Positions 63,836 to 64,000 of a DNA stretch of 64,000 nt are shown piece after piece. The DNA is from Podarcis gaigeae (Eukaryota), in assembly GCA_964106915.2 (NCBI GenBank), contig OZ066914.1; one strand, written 5' to 3'. The notes beneath the pieces were generated by a model. It searched no databases. It was not told where the DNA came from and worked only from the letters and a program-made list of their open reading frames with translations. Position 1 is the first letter of the stretch, and each line of letters begins with the position of its first letter. Both the position numbers and the translations under genes were made by a program.

Positions 63836-64000
63836 GTAAGTCCAGGATTTTCAGGATGCTACTTATTTTTTTATTTTTTTAGTGTGTCGAGTTTCACTGA
63901 CGATTTAATAGGATTCGTTCAAAAGGAAACATGCTCAGGAGTACTGTGTAAGTAAATTACGGTCAATAATCTTGACAAAGTATGTACCACTAAGGGTCTT

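Overview
Vertebrate genomic DNA. The repeat content (Sauria/Squam1 and Squam3-like SINEs, BovB) points to a squamate, most likely a lacertid lizard. Two housekeeping genes lie head-to-head, as they do in human. AP2A2 (AP-2 adaptor alpha-2 subunit) is on the - strand: coding exons 1-11 at 42997 down to 1391, with the remaining exons beyond the left edge. CHID1 (chitinase domain-containing 1 / SI-CLP) is on the + strand: a probable non-coding exon 1 near 51.6 kb, six coding exons at 56734-63835, and the rest beyond the right edge. Each gene has its own CpG island, and the two are about 8 kb apart. All coding exons have GT-AG boundaries and splice in frame. Introns and the intergenic gap are filled with decayed transposons: BovB, L2, CR1 and Rex1-like LINEs, SINEs, hAT and Tc1/mariner MITEs, solo LTRs and Penelope ends. 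Nearly all other ORFs in the track are chance or TE-derived. I found no convincing new biological system. The most interesting oddities are: a 33-nt U2 snRNA retrocopy with a 19-bp target-site duplication upstream of AP2A2; Penelope-associated hammerhead-ribozyme relics; an unclassified element with inverted ends and an alternating internal repeat; a BovB copy missing its 3' third but keeping its tail and TSD; a NAGNAG acceptor in AP2A2; and TE-borne regulatory motifs between the two promoters.
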